DNA from: Octopus vulgaris
Lineage: Eukaryota
DNA: 64,000 nucleotides
Direction: 5' to 3'
NCBI GenBank assembly: GCA_951406725.2
Contig: CATOCA020000001.1
Location: 10,974,001-11,038,000, forward strand
Shown here: positions 14,275 through 29,789 of the stretch, in pieces
Position numbering within the stretch: the stretch's first letter is position 1
How the letters are laid out: each line of letters begins with the position of its first letter
The notes under the pieces: generated by a model
Told to the model about the DNA's origin: nothing
What the model saw: only the letters and a program-made list of their open reading frames with translations
The model's database searches: none
Translations under genes and position numbers: made by a program

Positions 14275-17200
14275 GCATCGTTTTATGACTACGAAGATGA
14301 CTCATGAATCCAGCTTTACTGAGGCAGGGTCTTGCACAGACATCGCATGTCAGAATCAAAGGAAGACCCTTCCCTTCTGGAAGTGTACCAGCGATGCCCT
14401 TCCTGACATCCCTCCTTACTTTCTCATGTGCAACTCGAAATTTCTGAAATGTGGCTGTCCCCTCATGCACAATCCTTCTCCACCTGCTACGATCAATAGC
14501 TATGCCTTCCTATGTGTCAGGAGAGATGCAAGCATCTCTTAAGGAAGCCTTCAGCAAGTCCTTTTACCTCTTTTTTGGTTTATGTGGAGGTCGTTCTCCT
14601 TTAGCTAACTCTCCATAAGAGAGTTGTTTTGGCATCCTTGAATCCTTCATTCTGACCAGATGACCACTCCATCTGAGCCTTTGCTTTAACACAAGAGCTT
14701 CTACACTTTCACACCGAGAGCCTTCGAGTATTTCAAGATCACCGATGCGGTCATTCCACTTAATGCCATAGATCCGTCTGAGGCACATCTGATGGAAACA
14801 TTGCAGTTGTTTAAGGTGGTATCCATATATGACCCACGTCTTGCAGGCAGAGAGAAGAGAAGGGAACACACATGCCTTGTACACCTTTATCTTTGTCTTT
14901 CTGCATATGTATCGCGGACTCCATGGGCGCTTTTCTAGCCTTCCGAAAGCAACACTTGCTTTCCTAATTCTATATGGAATTTCATCATCCACATTCTATA
15001 TGGAATTTCATCATCCACATTGCCATATCTATTAATAGTGCTTCCCAGGTAGACAAAGTGATCGACTACATCAAGTCGTTTACCATTCACATAGATATTT
15101 GGTACACTATACTGCTTACCAGGGGCAGGTTGATGCATGACAACAGTTTTCTTGAGATTGACTGTCAATCCTAAGGCAGTGCAAGCATCAGAGAATGCAT
15201 TCAAAATGTGTTGCATATCAATCTCTGTGTGTGCTACTAGCTCAAAATCATCAGCATACAAAATGTTTTTTTATGATAGAGGTAAATATCTTTGTTTTTG
15301 CAGCAAAGCCCCTGATATTAAATATGTTGCCAGAGGTTCGATAATGGACGTAAACACCGTTTCTGCAGTTTCTGAATGCAATACAGAACACCATCGCGAA
15401 ATATATGGAAAATAGGGTCAATGCCAGAATATGCCCCAGTTTCAGTCCATTTTGTATTGAAATGAGCTCCGACATCTTCCCTCTAGCATTCACCCTACCA
15501 TTCATATCTTCATGAAAAGACCTAACCTAAGCAAGGAACTTTTCAGGACCCCCAATTTCTGGAGGACTTTCCACAATGCTTTTCTATTGACGGTATCAAA
15601 GGCTTTTGTCAGATCTACAAAAAGCTGATACAAATCAAGACCCTGTTCCACACACTTTTCCTGAAGCTGTCTAGCCGAAAATATCATACCAGCAGTGCCA
15701 CGTCCCACACAAAAGCCAGATTGACTTTCTGGAAGAACACAATCTGCAATGTATTTCAGCAGACGATCCAGAAGTATCCTCCATAAAATCTTTCCTACGG
15801 CAGACAGCAATGATACTCCCCTATAATTACCACAATCATTCCTGTTGCCCTTTCACTTATACAGGACCACCATCACTGCATTTCTCTGGTCCTCAGGTAC
15901 AAATTCACTAGTCCATACCTTACCAAACAAAGAGTGAAGTTTCTGCAGAAGTTTCTCACCACCATGCTGTAACAACTCCGCATGTATGCCATCCATACCC
16001 GGAGACTTCCCATTATTCAACCTTGAGACAGCCATTGCAACGTCTTCCAACTTTCGTGGTTCTGCGAGTGCTGCCTTCACAGGCAATCCAGGGCAGAGAT
16101 TGAGAACATCCTCACTAACTACAGACTGTTGATTCAAAAGTTCATCAAAGTGTTCTTGCCACCTTCGCAGAATTCCTTGTGAATCATGAAGAACTTCTTT
16201 ACCATCCCTGCTTCGAATTGGTGTCATCAGGGAAGACGTCGGTCCATAAACTTCTCGCAAGAGACCATACAGCAACTTTGTGTTATTGGAATATGATGCC
16301 GCCTGTATCTCGTCAGCCTTCTTACTCCACCACGTATCCCTCATCTGAGAGAGCCTTTGCCTCACACGTGATTTTACGTCCTTGAGTTCCCTATGCAACA
16401 CTTCCCTTTCCTGTGACTTTGCTGACAAATAGCGTGACAAAGTACGCCTTTTATCAGCCAATAAATCATCTATATGTTCATCATTTTCTTTGAACCAATC
16501 TTGATGCTTTCTTTGTATCAATCCCAGAACTTTCCTGCCTATATCATAAACTGACTTTTTAAGGGTTGGCCAATCCTCCCCAATATCTACAGCATTCATT
16601 TCCTCTCGCAAAGTTCTCTTCACACTATTACACCTAAGACGATCAACATCCAGTCTTTTAGGCAGGGTAATCCCTGCAGCTCGGATTTTATGTTTTGTGA
16701 CTAATTTCACTGTTGCACGTCGTACTAGGCGGTGGTCAGTCCAACACTCAGCTCCACGAAGAACACGATCACACTGCACATCCTGTCTGTCACGCACCCT
16801 AACTAGGATGTAATCCAGAATATGCCATTCTTTATTCCTAAGCTTATTCTTTGGTTGAAACATGGTATTGGTAACACACAGACTCAGCTCTTCACACATG
16901 TGCAGCAAAAGAATGCCATTACTATTACACTTCCCCACCCCATGCTTTCCAATTACAGTCCATGTGTTAAAATCCCTACCCACTCTAGCATTAAAGTCAC
17001 CCAGTACGATGACTTTGTCTGCCCGAGGGATATTTCTTATAATGCCCTTCAAAGCATGGTAGAAAGAAAGTTTTTCGTCATCAGTATAGCACATAGTTGG
17101 AGCTTACACACTCACCAAGGTCATATAATTTCCTTTAGCCAAAGGAATTCTCATGGACATAAGACGATCGTTAGTTTCGATTGGGAATTCTTCCAACTTG

Positions 17201-17990
17201 TCCACAAGAGTAGTCTTAACAGCAAATGCCACTCCAGCTTCTCCTCTAAACTCTTCATCTCTCCCTTTCCAAAAGAATGTATATTTTCCACAAGATTCTG
17301 TAAGATGACCATCTCCAGGTAATCTCGTCTCAGATAAAGCAACAATGTCAAGATCATAGCGTTGAAGCTCCTTCGCAACAAGCGCAGTCCTTCTTTCAGG
17401 ACATTCAGAGGACTTATGATCAAGCAGTTTCCGTACATTCCAACAGCCAATATTCATTATTTTCTTTGGTTCTATCAGAGTAGCATGATGACGGCCGGGT
17501 TCAGACTGTGATGCTCTGGAACCCCTGCCGGGCCAGACTCTTTCAGCTGATGTGGTTCCAGAGTCCTTACTGCCATTTATTTTTATACTGTTTTGGTACA
17601 TCATTGATTTTTGATTTTAAGGCTACAGCCAGCCATTCAGTTGAGACTCACAGCACTATCAACAATCATGAATTAGTTACTCACTTTAATCAATCCAATG
17701 TTGTTTTCGTGCAATGCCTGTGCACGAAGATATTTTCAAAGTGAGGAAAGACTGTGCACTGAGTCAATCCCACACACTAAGCAACAGAAGCCATAATCCG
17801 AAAAGACATCATCGGTAACCACTCGGTAACCACTGAGCCGCAGGTTTTATGTCGCAGTTATCCCAGTTACCTGAGTTACCTTCTAGAAGGATGCCCTAAC
17901 AAAGGCTAGGAGTCCTTCACTCCCAATGGTTTAACCGCGCGATCGGGTATTCAGTCCGGTTATTTCTATGTCCCCGCCCATGTTACAGCC
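14275..17990 (-). mobile_element. RTE-clade (BovB-like) LINE, near full length with 5' UTR, frameshifted
   Basis: ORF pieces 17104-17604 (IGCWNVR..RTALVAKELQRYDLDIVALSETR), 15853-17094, 15502-15810, 14935-15261 (YADD) and 14564-14992, plus a terminal C2H2-like knuckle near 14290-14350. Confidence 0.95.
15853..17094 (-). pseudogene. Longest open segment (413 aa) of the RTE EN-RT polyprotein
   Basis: ORF track; EN C-terminal half plus linker up to NGKSPGMDGI. Confidence 0.9.
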
Positions 17991-18632
17991 TTAAGCATTA
18001 ACAAAAAGAAAAAGAAAAAAAGAAAAAAACATTAAACATTTATTGGATGGCCGTTGACTCTCAAGAGTTCCTACATACATACATACATACACACATACAT
18101 ACATACATACATACATACACACATACATACATACATACATACATGCATACATACATACATACATACACTGTTTGTTCCCACAACATCGCTTGACAAACGA
18201 TGCTGGTGTCTTTACGACGCCGTAACTTAGTGGTTCGGGAAAATGAGGTGATTGAATAAGTAATAGGTTTACAAAAAAATAAACCCTGGGTCGATTTGCC
18301 TGTCTAAACATACATACATACAGAGTAAAGAGTATATATATGTGTGTGGATGGGTGGGTGTGGTAGTAGATTAGTAGATTGATTGCATATTTCTTTCATT
18401 ATTTCATCAAAGCTTTCTTCGTCCAACAAATGCCGATATTGGAATTTTTTGAAATTCTCCCCCCCCCTCTAGGAAAAACTTTTTCTAAAAGAATTCCAAT
18501 ATAATCAGCATGTACACAATATGTCAAAAATTTTACTAAAAATATGAACCCTTCTTTCAGTTAAAAGGAGGCAAAATCGAGGGTCAAACGCAGACACACA
18601 AACATACATACACACACATACACACATACAAT

Positions 18633-18639
<7 letters not shown>

Positions 18640-18663
<24 letters not shown>

Positions 18664-19657
18664 GCACATATAAATGTATATATTATATATATATACATGT
18701 CTGCTTTGGTCTGCTATTTCTGGTTAGATGCCCTTCCAAACATCAACCAATTTACAGCATGGGTTCAGTGCTTTTTATCATACTACCCGACTATTCGTTG
18801 CGATTCAAGTTGCAGAACTACAAAACCTTTTGGGTGGGGTGGGGGGGGGGGATTAGCTTCAAGCTAGTGGATAAGAGAATGAGGTAGGGAAGTGCATATG
18901 TTTGATCCTCTTTGGTAATGAATGACCAGGAGATTGTACCTAGAAAGTTCCCCACCAAGGTACGTATCCGGGCAAATTTGTTTAAGGATGACCGGCAGTC
19001 ACCCATGCATAACTGCATACCCTATCCATGACAACAATGTTATCCAATGGCAATTCAAAGACTGATACAGCTTCGGCGCAGTGATGTCAAAACTCATTTC
19101 AACAACTCAGTGAACTGGAGTAACGTGAAATAAAGTGTCTTGCTCAAGAACTTCAACACACAGCCCGTTCCATGAATCGATCTCACTATCTCCTGATTGT
19201 AAGCCTGGCGATCTTACCATTGAGTCACGTACTTTCACAAAGCGGAAGGAGAGAGAAAGTGAAAACGAATAGTAGGAACTACAAGAGATAGATGATGGTA
19301 ACGAAGTGACTCGGTAGCCCCATGGGGTAAAATGCAAAGCATTCGATACAGAGACTGTAATTATGTGCCCAAAAAAGTTCGCTCGAGGTATGGCTGTTAT
19401 TTCTAGCATGTAGATAGCCTGGTTGAAAACCGTAGAATCAGGAGGTGAGATTTATTATATTTTTCTTTTGAATAAATGGAATTTTACAAACAATGACTTT
19501 TTTCAGAATCATTATCTCCAAATTTTTGTACGTATTTCACAAAAAAGGGAGAGGGGCGAGCTAAATCTGTGCCATATACGCCTATATATATATAAATATA
19601 TATATATATACACACATATATATATATATACATACACAGACACACACACGCACACAC

Positions 19658-19701
<44 letters not shown>

Positions 19702-20693
19702 GCACATATAAATGTATATATTATATATATATGTCTGCTTTGGTCTGCTATTTCTGGTTAGATGCCCTTCCAAACATCAACCAATTTACAGCATGGGTTC
19801 AGTGCTTTTTATCATACTACCCGACTATTCGTTGCGATTCAAGTTGCAGAACTACAAAACCTTTTGGGTGGGGTGGGGGGTCAGCTTCAAGCTAGTGGAT
19901 AAGAGAATGAGGTAGGGAAGTGCATATGTTTGATCCTCTTTGGTAATGAATGACCAGGAGATTGTACCTAGAAAGTTCCCCACCAAGGTACGTATCCGGG
20001 CAAATTTGTTTAAGGATGACCGGCAGTCACCCATGCATAACTGCATACCCTATCCATGACAACAATGTTATCCAATGGCAATTCAAAGACTGATACAGCT
20101 TCGGCGCAGTGATGTCAAAACTCATTTCAACAACTCAGTGAACTGGAGTAACGTGAAATAAAGTGTCTTGCTCAAGAACTTCAACACACAGCCCGTTCCA
20201 TGAATCGATCTCACTATCTCCTGATTGTAAGCCTGGCGATCTTACCATTGAGTCACGTACTTTCACAAAGCGGAAGGAGAGAGAAAGTGAAAACGAATAG
20301 TAGGAACTACAAGAGATAGATGATGGTAACGAAGTGACTCGGTAGCCCCATGAGGTAAAATGCAAAGCATTCGATACAGAGACTGTAATTATGTGCCCAA
20401 AAAAGTTCGCTCGAGGTATGGCTGTTATTTCTAGCATGTAGATAGCCTGGTTGAAAACCGTAGAATCAGGAGGTGAGATTTATTTATTTTTCTTTTGAAT
20501 AAATGGAATTTTACAAACAATGACTTTTTTCAGAATCATTATCTCCAAATTTTTGTACGTATTTCACAAAAAAGGGAGAGGGGCGAGCTAAATCTGCGCC
20601 ATATACGCCTATATATATATAAATATATATATATACACACATATATATATATATACATACACAGACACACACACACACACACACATTCACACA

Positions 20694-20725
<32 letters not shown>
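18640..20725. repeat. Two-copy tandem duplication, 1028-bp period
   Basis: ORFs 19107-19409 and 20135-20437 are near-identical, offset 1028. Confidence 0.95.
19095..19235 (-). mobile_element. tRNA-headed SINE fragment (paralog ~20123-20263; diverged + strand relatives near 590-700 and 9465-9575)
   Basis: Minus strand reads GACTCAATGGTAAGATCGCCAGGC...GAGATCGATTC...TCTTGAGCAAGACACTTTATTTCACGTT. Confidence 0.6.
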
Positions 20726-20728
<3 letters not shown>

Positions 20729-20879
20729 ATACATATATAGCCATGTATGTTTCTGTTTGTCCAATCTTCACCACTTGACATCTACTGTTTTTGTTTACAT
20801 CCATGTAACGTAGCTGTTATATGAAGAGAGAACAAACAAATAAGCAGCAATCTGAATAAAGAGAAGCACTTCCCGCTGT

Positions 20880-21508
20880 GTGGTTGACTAAACACTTCAA
20901 TGCAGTGCTCCAGCATGGCCGCGTTCCGATGTTTAAAAAATGGAAACGATAGGCCGTAAAAAGAACTTTAAATATAAAGCACGTAACAGAAATTAACGGA
21001 ATAATGTTAAGGGAGGTAACTCACAATTACAGGTCATTTAATTGACGTAAAATATGCCTGTTAATATTAGAGTATATTTCTGCGTGTGTGCTTTTATTCT
21101 GTGTGTACCTGTAATCCTTTGCCTGTGTCTGTTTGTGTACGGGGTTGTGTGCGTGTGTGTGAGTGGGTGTGTGTGTGTGAGAGAGGGAGAGGGAGGGAGA
21201 GTGTAAAGCATGGGAGGTTGGAGTTATGCAGTAATAAGATCTATAGAACATCCTTACATCGAAGGTTTTAGCAGTTTGCTCTTTACCTTGGATTTCTTTT
21301 ATCCATTGGATTGTGGCCATGCTGGAGCACTGCCTTCAAGTGTTTCTGACGGATTAACTAGACCTGTTTATTTATTTGTACACTGTCCTTATTCTTCCGT
21401 CCTGTATCGCTCAACGTTGCTTTACAGAGACATAAACAAAGCAACACCGTGTTCGGCTGCGATCGTAGGGTAAGCACACACATAAACGGGAACACACACA
21501 CTTACACA

Positions 21509-21550
<42 letters not shown>

Positions 21551-21790
21551 GACTTCACAAGCTCCGAAATAAATGGAACGTTAGGGGTTAACGCCCATCT
21601 CTAACCTAAGGTAGACCAAATTATTTCTTCATATATACACTCAACGTAGGGTGTTTAAAAGTTCGCAGCCTGACGTCGAATTGGAAACAAGGGATTTTCC
21701 TCAATGACTCAGATCCCATAATTTGGATGTGGTAGTAGTTAGAGAAACCTGGCTGAGAGGAAAGACAGGCATTTCTCCCCTCGTAAGGTG
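20880..21790 (+). repeat. Third, more diverged copy of the 3360-4220 module
   Basis: Shared landmarks GATAGGCCGTAAAA, AAGGGAGGTAACTC, GCATGGGAGGTTGGAGT and TTGGATGTGGTAGTAGTTAGAGAAACCTGG. Confidence 0.85.
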
Positions 21791-21900
21791 CCAAATCTCA
21801 CACAAACTGTTTTTTGGGAACACGCATATATACTCTGTATCAAATATCTATGGGGTATTCGTACACAATTGTGCCCCTCAATTTTGCTTCACATACATAC

Positions 21901-22007
<107 letters not shown>

Positions 22008-22589
22008 GTCTTTATTGCTTTACTTGTTTCAGTCATTTGACTGTTGCCATGCTGCAGTACCGCATTTGGACAGGCAAACCGACCGCAGTAGTTAATTTTT
22101 GTAAGCCTATTACTTATTCAATCGCTCTCATTTTGCCGAAACGCTAAGTAACGGGGTCGTAAACACACCGGCATCGGTTATCAAGCGATGTTGTGGGGAC
22201 AAACAAAGGCACACAGACACACACACACACACACATACATATTATATATATATATATATAAATGTCTACTTTGGTCTCCTATTTGTAGTTAGATTCCCTT
22301 CCAAACACCAACCAATTCACAGCATGGGCTCAGTGTTTTTATCATACTAGCCGACTATTGAGGTTGCCATGCAGGTCGCATAACTACAAGTCCTGTGGGG
22401 GTTGGGTCAGTGTCATGCTAGGGGATAAGGGAATGATCTAAGAGAAGGAGGTAGGGTAGTGCATGCTTTTATAGGTCCTCTTTTGTAATGATTGACCAGG
22501 AGATTGCAGCTAGAATGTTCCCCACAAAGATACATATCCGGGCAAGTTTGTTTATGGATGACCGGCAGTCACCCATGCACAACAGAATA

Positions 22590-23711
22590 CCCGACCTCCA
22601 AATGGAGAAGGACTGGAACGAGATAACGAGTAGGGTGGTCACTCTCGCCCAGCAATGGGCCGAGAGGAATCTGTCCCTAAATGTTCGGGCGGAGGTGGCG
22701 AACATGTACGTCGCGTCCATCATCTACTACCGCCTGACCGTCGTACCTTGCCTGTTTCAAACGACTTTCGGCCCGGGACCTATGGACAACTTCCAGAGAT
22801 CCCTGGCCTGGCGGTGCTACCGAGAAGCGCTACCCGTTCGGGATAAGCTCTATAGGCATGGCTCGAGAAACACGGGGCCGACCTGCCCGAGATGCGGGCA
22901 GAGCGACGAAACCGCTCTGCACGCACTCGTGCAGTGTCCAGCAATTTCCGACCTGTGGGCTTATGTCGAACGACTGCTGTCACGTGTGGGACGTGTCGGT
23001 TTATAAGCCGAGTCTATCGTTAATATCGTCACGCCTCCTTCCTTCAAACGGGAAGGAAGAGCTATTTTTATCATACTTGTGGCTATGGCGAAAGAATGTA
23101 TCTGGTGGACGCGTCTGAAAGGATTGGAGAGAAACACTTTCCTCTTTGGTCAATCTCTCATCAACTTCTTCAAGTACCACTTGAAAAGGAAAGTGAGAGT
23201 AGAGAGGCAAGTTTTGTCTAGTGAATGTTTTAAAAAAAGATGGGTGAATGTAGCAAGGATGGCACGTATGAATGACGAAGCCACCTTGAGCATAATCCTA
23301 TGAACCCAGAAATTGAAAACAGAGGGTTACCCACTTGCAAACAAATGTGGTAACATATAACAATATTGACCAAGGTTACCGTGGTCTTTTTCGTAGGTTT
23401 TTTCCCCTCGGATAAACCTTACTTGCTTTCCCCTTTACACCATATATCATAACACTGTGATACACGAGCCCTATTAGTCGTTTTATTTTCCTCTTGCCCT
23501 TTTTTTCCACCTTTTTTCTTTTTTCATTTCCCTTTTCTTTTGTTCCTTTTCCTTTTCAGCTTTTTTTATTTATTTATTTATTTTTTTTTTGTTCTTTTCT
23601 TCCCTTTTACGATCCCTCTTGATCGAAAACCTACGCCACCCCTTTTTTTTTGTTTCTTTTGTTTTTTGTTTTTTTCATCCCCCACATCTTGTCAGCCCTG
23701 TCCAATAAAGC

Positions 23712-23713
<2 letters not shown>
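22590..23713 (+). mobile_element. Tx1/L1-clade non-LTR retrotransposon 3' fragment 1
   Basis: PDLQMEKDW..., zf-RVT-like CPRC...ETALHALVQC, T-rich 3' UTR, AATAAA at ~23704, then (TCTA)n. Confidence 0.85.
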
Positions 23714-23743
<30 letters not shown>

Positions 23744-23832
23744 ATATATATATATATATCTACATCCATATCTATCTATCTAACTATCAATCTATCTATA
23801 CTTATCTACTATCTATCTTCTATCTATCTATC

Positions 23833-25177
<1,345 letters not shown>

Positions 25178-25297
25178 TGATGTCGATCTCTCTCCGTCTC
25201 AGTCACTCTCTCTCCCTCTCTCCCTCTCTCTCTCTCTCTCCCTCTCTCTATCTTCTCTCTTATTATATATATATCGCTATATAACTCTGGCTTAATT

Positions 25298-25712
25298 GTT
25301 TATTGCCCACAAGGGGCTAAACATAGAGGGGACAAACAAGGACAGACAAACGGATTAAGTCGATTACATCGACCTAAGTGCGTAACTAGTACTTAATTTA
25401 TTAACCCCGAAAGGATGAAAGGCAAAGTCGACCTCGGCGGAATTTGAACTCAGAATTTAACGGTAGACGAAATACCTATTTCTTTACTACCCACAAGGGG
25501 CTAAACACAGAGAGGACAAACAAGGACAGACAAACGGATTAAGTCGATTATATCGACCCCAGTGCGTAACTGGTACTTATTTAATCGACCCCGAAATGAT
25601 GAATGGCGAAGTCCACCTCGGCGGAATTTGAACTCACAACGTAACGGCGGACGAAATGCCACAAAGCATTTGGTCCGGCGTGCTAACGTTTCTGCCAGCT
25701 CGCCGCCTTCTT
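25298..25712 (-). mobile_element. tRNA-derived SINE with a Meta/Nin-like core and an internal ~180-bp duplication; partial copy at ~54130-54270
   Basis: Minus strand head GGCGGCGAGCTGGCAGAAACGTTAG, B-box-like GAGTTCAAATTCC, core CCTTTCATCCTTTCGGGG..ATAAATAAGTACCAG. Confidence 0.8.
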
Positions 25713-27081
25713 ATTGATTCTCTTACTTCATACTCTGTTTTCCTCACATCCGCTTTCTCCTCTCTCTCTCTCTCTTTCCTACCCTCTCCCCCTCTCTCTC
25801 TCTCTCTCTATTCCTCGCATCTACATCATATATTCGAGTTATCCCTCTTTCTCTCCTTTCTCTCACCATCTCGTTACACATTCATTTCAATCTCTCCACC
25901 TCCCTTGCTACATCACTTACCTTATCCTCTCCCTCACTTGCCGCAACTCTATGTCTCATACTCACCCCCTCTCTTTCTCTGTTACCCCCATGCATTAACC
26001 TATCACACCCCGCCCTCTCCCTTTTCCCACTCCCCCCACCGCATTAGACATTACCCTTTCCCTCTTCCTTTAATTTTATTTCTCAGACGCTTCTGTCCTT
26101 CTAATAAATTATATTTTCAGATTTGCCTTAAAATTGTTTTCTTGTTTACGTTGATTACTAACTAATTAATTATTTAATTAATTTAATGAAAATAGTTCAG
26201 TCATTGAAGGACAATTTAAGAAACCTTTATTAAAAGAATTGTCTTATAGAGGACTTCACATCATGCTAGAAATAACTGTCAAGTGCACAGAAATTTGTGT
26301 TCTTTTTCATAGAGAACTGAAAGGTCTTAAAGAATCATAAATCTGCCCCCGTCAAAGTGGTCAGTATTGATGCTGAAAACACAAACCAAGGGACTTCAAA
26401 TTCCCTTTGTTTATCCTTTTTTATGTATGTAAGTGAAGGATAACTTCAGAAAACTTTATGAAGCAATCTGACCCCTATATTGTCTCGCATCATTCAAGAA
26501 AGACCAACGATGCTTCGTATTGTTCTACAGGTGGTCCGGTATCTTGCTAGAAATAATAGCTCATTGTATTATTTTCATGCACGATTGAAGGATACTTTAA
26601 AAAGCATCTGGAGAAATATTGTCCTTCTGGTGGTCTTACGTGATGCTAGAAATAACAGCCACGTACGCTAAAATTTTGTATTGTTTTCCTATAAGAAATA
26701 AGGACACTTAAAAAACCCTCTACACACACACACACATATCCTTCGCTGTGCTTCTCCAATTCTTTCACTCCCTCTCTCAACCGATACACTCCCTCTCCCA
26801 TCGTTGTCTCAGAGGAGACCCCCCTCACTCTCTCTCTCTCTCTCTCCCTCTTTACCACCTCATATATCATAATATCCCTCTACTTCTTTTGCTTTCTCGC
26901 CCACGTCAATCCCTCCCCCTCAATTTCCAAACCTCTCTCGCCATCTCTCTCTCTCCCCCACCTCATTATATAATGCTCTATGACTACGCCTTCTTTGCTT
27001 TTATCTCTTACCTCATACTTTCCCTCTTTTGCTAAGCTTATATATCCCTCTTTACTCCCTTTCTATCTCTCTCTCTATCAG

Positions 27082-27112
<31 letters not shown>

Positions 27113-27769
27113 TTGTCTGTCTCATTATTTGCCTCTCTCTTTCTCACTCTCTTTTCTTACTCTCTCTCTCTCTCTCTATCTTCCAACCCCTGTCACTGTC
27201 ACTCCGCCCTCTCTCTCTCTCTTACCTCATTATATATTAACTCTCCGCCTATTTTCTCCTTGTTTTTCAACTCCTACTCTCCCACTCTATCAATTATGTA
27301 TTGTTCTAATCCTCTCTCTCTCTCTCTCCTTCTTACTCTCCATCTTTCTCCCTCTCTTTCGGTCCCTCGCTTTTTCTCCCACTCACTCTCCCTCCTCCTC
27401 TCTTCAAAGAACGAAAGAATCACTTCGACTTTCTTTATTTCTTCCTTTCTTTCTTTCTTCCTTTCTTTCTTCCTTTCTTTCTTCCTTTCTTTCTTTCTTT
27501 CTTTCTTTCCTTCTTTTCCTTTCCTTTCCTTCTTTCTTTCTTTCCTTCTTGTTTCTTTATCTTTTTGAGCATTTGCTTCTTTTTTCTTCCTTTACATATT
27601 TCCTTCTTTCCTTGTTTTCTTGTTCTTTCTCTCTTTCTTTCCTCTTCCTTTTTCTCCTTCTTTCTTTCTCACCTTTTTCCTTTCCTTCTTTTCTTCTTTC
27701 TTTCGTTTTTGTTTCTTTTGTTTTTCTCTTTCCTTTTTCTCTCACACATTCTCTCTATCTTTTTTTATT

Positions 27770-27871
27770 TCTTTCCTTCTTTCATTCATTCTTTCTTTCT
27801 ATTTGTCTCTAGCCTTGTTTCCTTCCTTTATTCATTCTTTCTCACTTACTATCTTCTATTCTCTCTCTCTT

Positions 27872-27908
<37 letters not shown>

Positions 27909-28504
27909 CTATTTGTCTCTAGCCTCGTTTCCTTCTTTCATTCATTCTTCCTCTCTTACTATCTTCTATTCTCTCTCTCTTTCTCTCTCTCTCTCTCTTT
28001 CCTTCTCTTTCTTTCTTTCTATTTGTCTCTAGCCCCGTTTCCTTCTTTCATTCATTCTTTCTCTCTTACTATCTTCTATTCTCTCTCTCTCATTCTCTCT
28101 CTTTCTTTCTTTCTTTCTTTCTATTTGTCTCTAGCCTTGTTTCCTTCTTTCATTCATTCTTTCTCTATTACTATCTTCTATTCTCTCTCTTTCTCTCTCT
28201 CTTTCCTTCTTTCTTTCTTTCTATTTGTCTCTAGCCTTCTTTCCTTCTTTCATTCATTCTTTCTCTCTTACTATCTTCTATTCTCTCTCTCTCTCTCTTC
28301 TTTCTCTTTCTTTCTTTGTATTTGTCTCTAGCCTTGTTTCCTTCTTTCATTCATTCTTTCTCTCTTACTATCTTCTATCTCTCTCTCTTTCTCTCTCTCT
28401 TTCTTCTCTCTCTTTCTTTCTTTCTTTCTTTCTATTTGTCTCTAGCCTTGTTTCCTTCTTTCATTCATTCTTTCTCTCTTACTATCTTCTATTCTCTCTC
28501 TCTT

Positions 28505-28547
<43 letters not shown>

Positions 28548-29310
28548 ATTTGTCTCTAGCCTTGTTTCCTTCTTTCATTCATTCTTTCTCTCTTACTATC
28601 TTCTATTCTCTCTCTCTTTCTCTCTTTCTTTCTTTCTCTCTTTCTTTCTTTCTTTCTTTCTATTTGTCTCTAGCCTTGTTTCCTTCTTTCATTCATTCTT
28701 TCTCTCTTACTATCTTCTATTCTCTCTCTCTTTCTCTCTCTCTCTTTCTTTCTCTCTTTCTTTCTTTCTATTTGTCTCTAGCCTTGTTTCCTTCTTCATT
28801 CATTCTTTCTCTCTTACTATCTTCTATTCTCTCTCTCTTTCTCTCTCTCTTTCATTTTCTCTTTCTTTCTTTCTTTCTTTCTTTCTATTTGTCTCTAGCC
28901 TTGTTTCCTTCTTTCATTCATTCTTTCTCTCTTACTATCTTCTATTCTCTCTCTCTTTCTCTCTCTCTTTCTTTCTTTCTTTCTCTCTTTCTTTCTTTCT
29001 TTCTTTCTATTTGTCTCTAGCCTTGTTTCCTTCTTTCATTCATTCTTTCTCTCTTACTATCTTCTATTCTCTCTCTCTTTCTCTTTTTCTCTCTTTCTCT
29101 CCTTCTTTCTTTCTTTCTATTTGTCTCTAGCCTTGTTTCCTTCTTTCATTCATTCTTTCTCTCTTACTATCTTCTATTCTCTCTCTCTTTCTCTCTCTCT
29201 CTTTCTCTCTTTCTTTCTTTCTTTCTTTCTTTCTATTTGTCTCTAGCCTTGTTTCCTTCTTTCATTCATTCATTCTCTCTTACTATCTTCTATTCTCTCT
29301 CTCTCCTTCC
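27770..29310 (+). repeat. CT-rich minisatellite, ~14 units of ~100-120 bp with a constant core
   Basis: Core (C)TATTTGTCTCTAGCCTTGTTTCCTTCTTTCATTCATTC...TTACTATCTTCTATT recurs from ~27801 to ~29235. Confidence 0.95.
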
Positions 29311-29789
29311 CTCTTTCTCTCTCTCATTCTCATCTCGTTCTTTATTACAGAATCACTTCACGTTTTTTTCTTTCTTTCCATCTTTCTTCCTCACTTTCTT
29401 GTTCTGTTTCTTTTTTCTTCCTTCATTTCATTATTCCTTCCTTCCATCTTTTCTTTCTTTCTTTTTCCCTCCCATCCTTCCCTTCTTTCTTCTTTTCTCT
29501 CTTGATTTCCTTCTTTCTCGTTGTCTCTTCCTCCCTCTCTCCTCTCACTTTCTCTTTTGTCATCTCTGTAACCCCATCTCTCAATCCTCCCTGTCTCTCT
29601 CTCTCTCTCTCCTTCAAACCCATCTCTTTGTCTCCCTCTTCTTCTCTCTCTTTAACTCTGACCCTTCCTGTATCTGACTGTCTGTCTGTCTACCTGTGTG
29701 TCTCTCTCCTTTTCTTTGCTTCTCTCTCTCTCTCTCTCTCTCACCTCATTATTTATTACTCTACCATTCTGCCTCTCTTCCCATTTACA

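Noticed and set aside
27770-29310. Repeat-spacer layout resembling a CRISPR array
   Set aside because: The spacers are only variable-length CT/CTTT runs, in a eukaryotic context.
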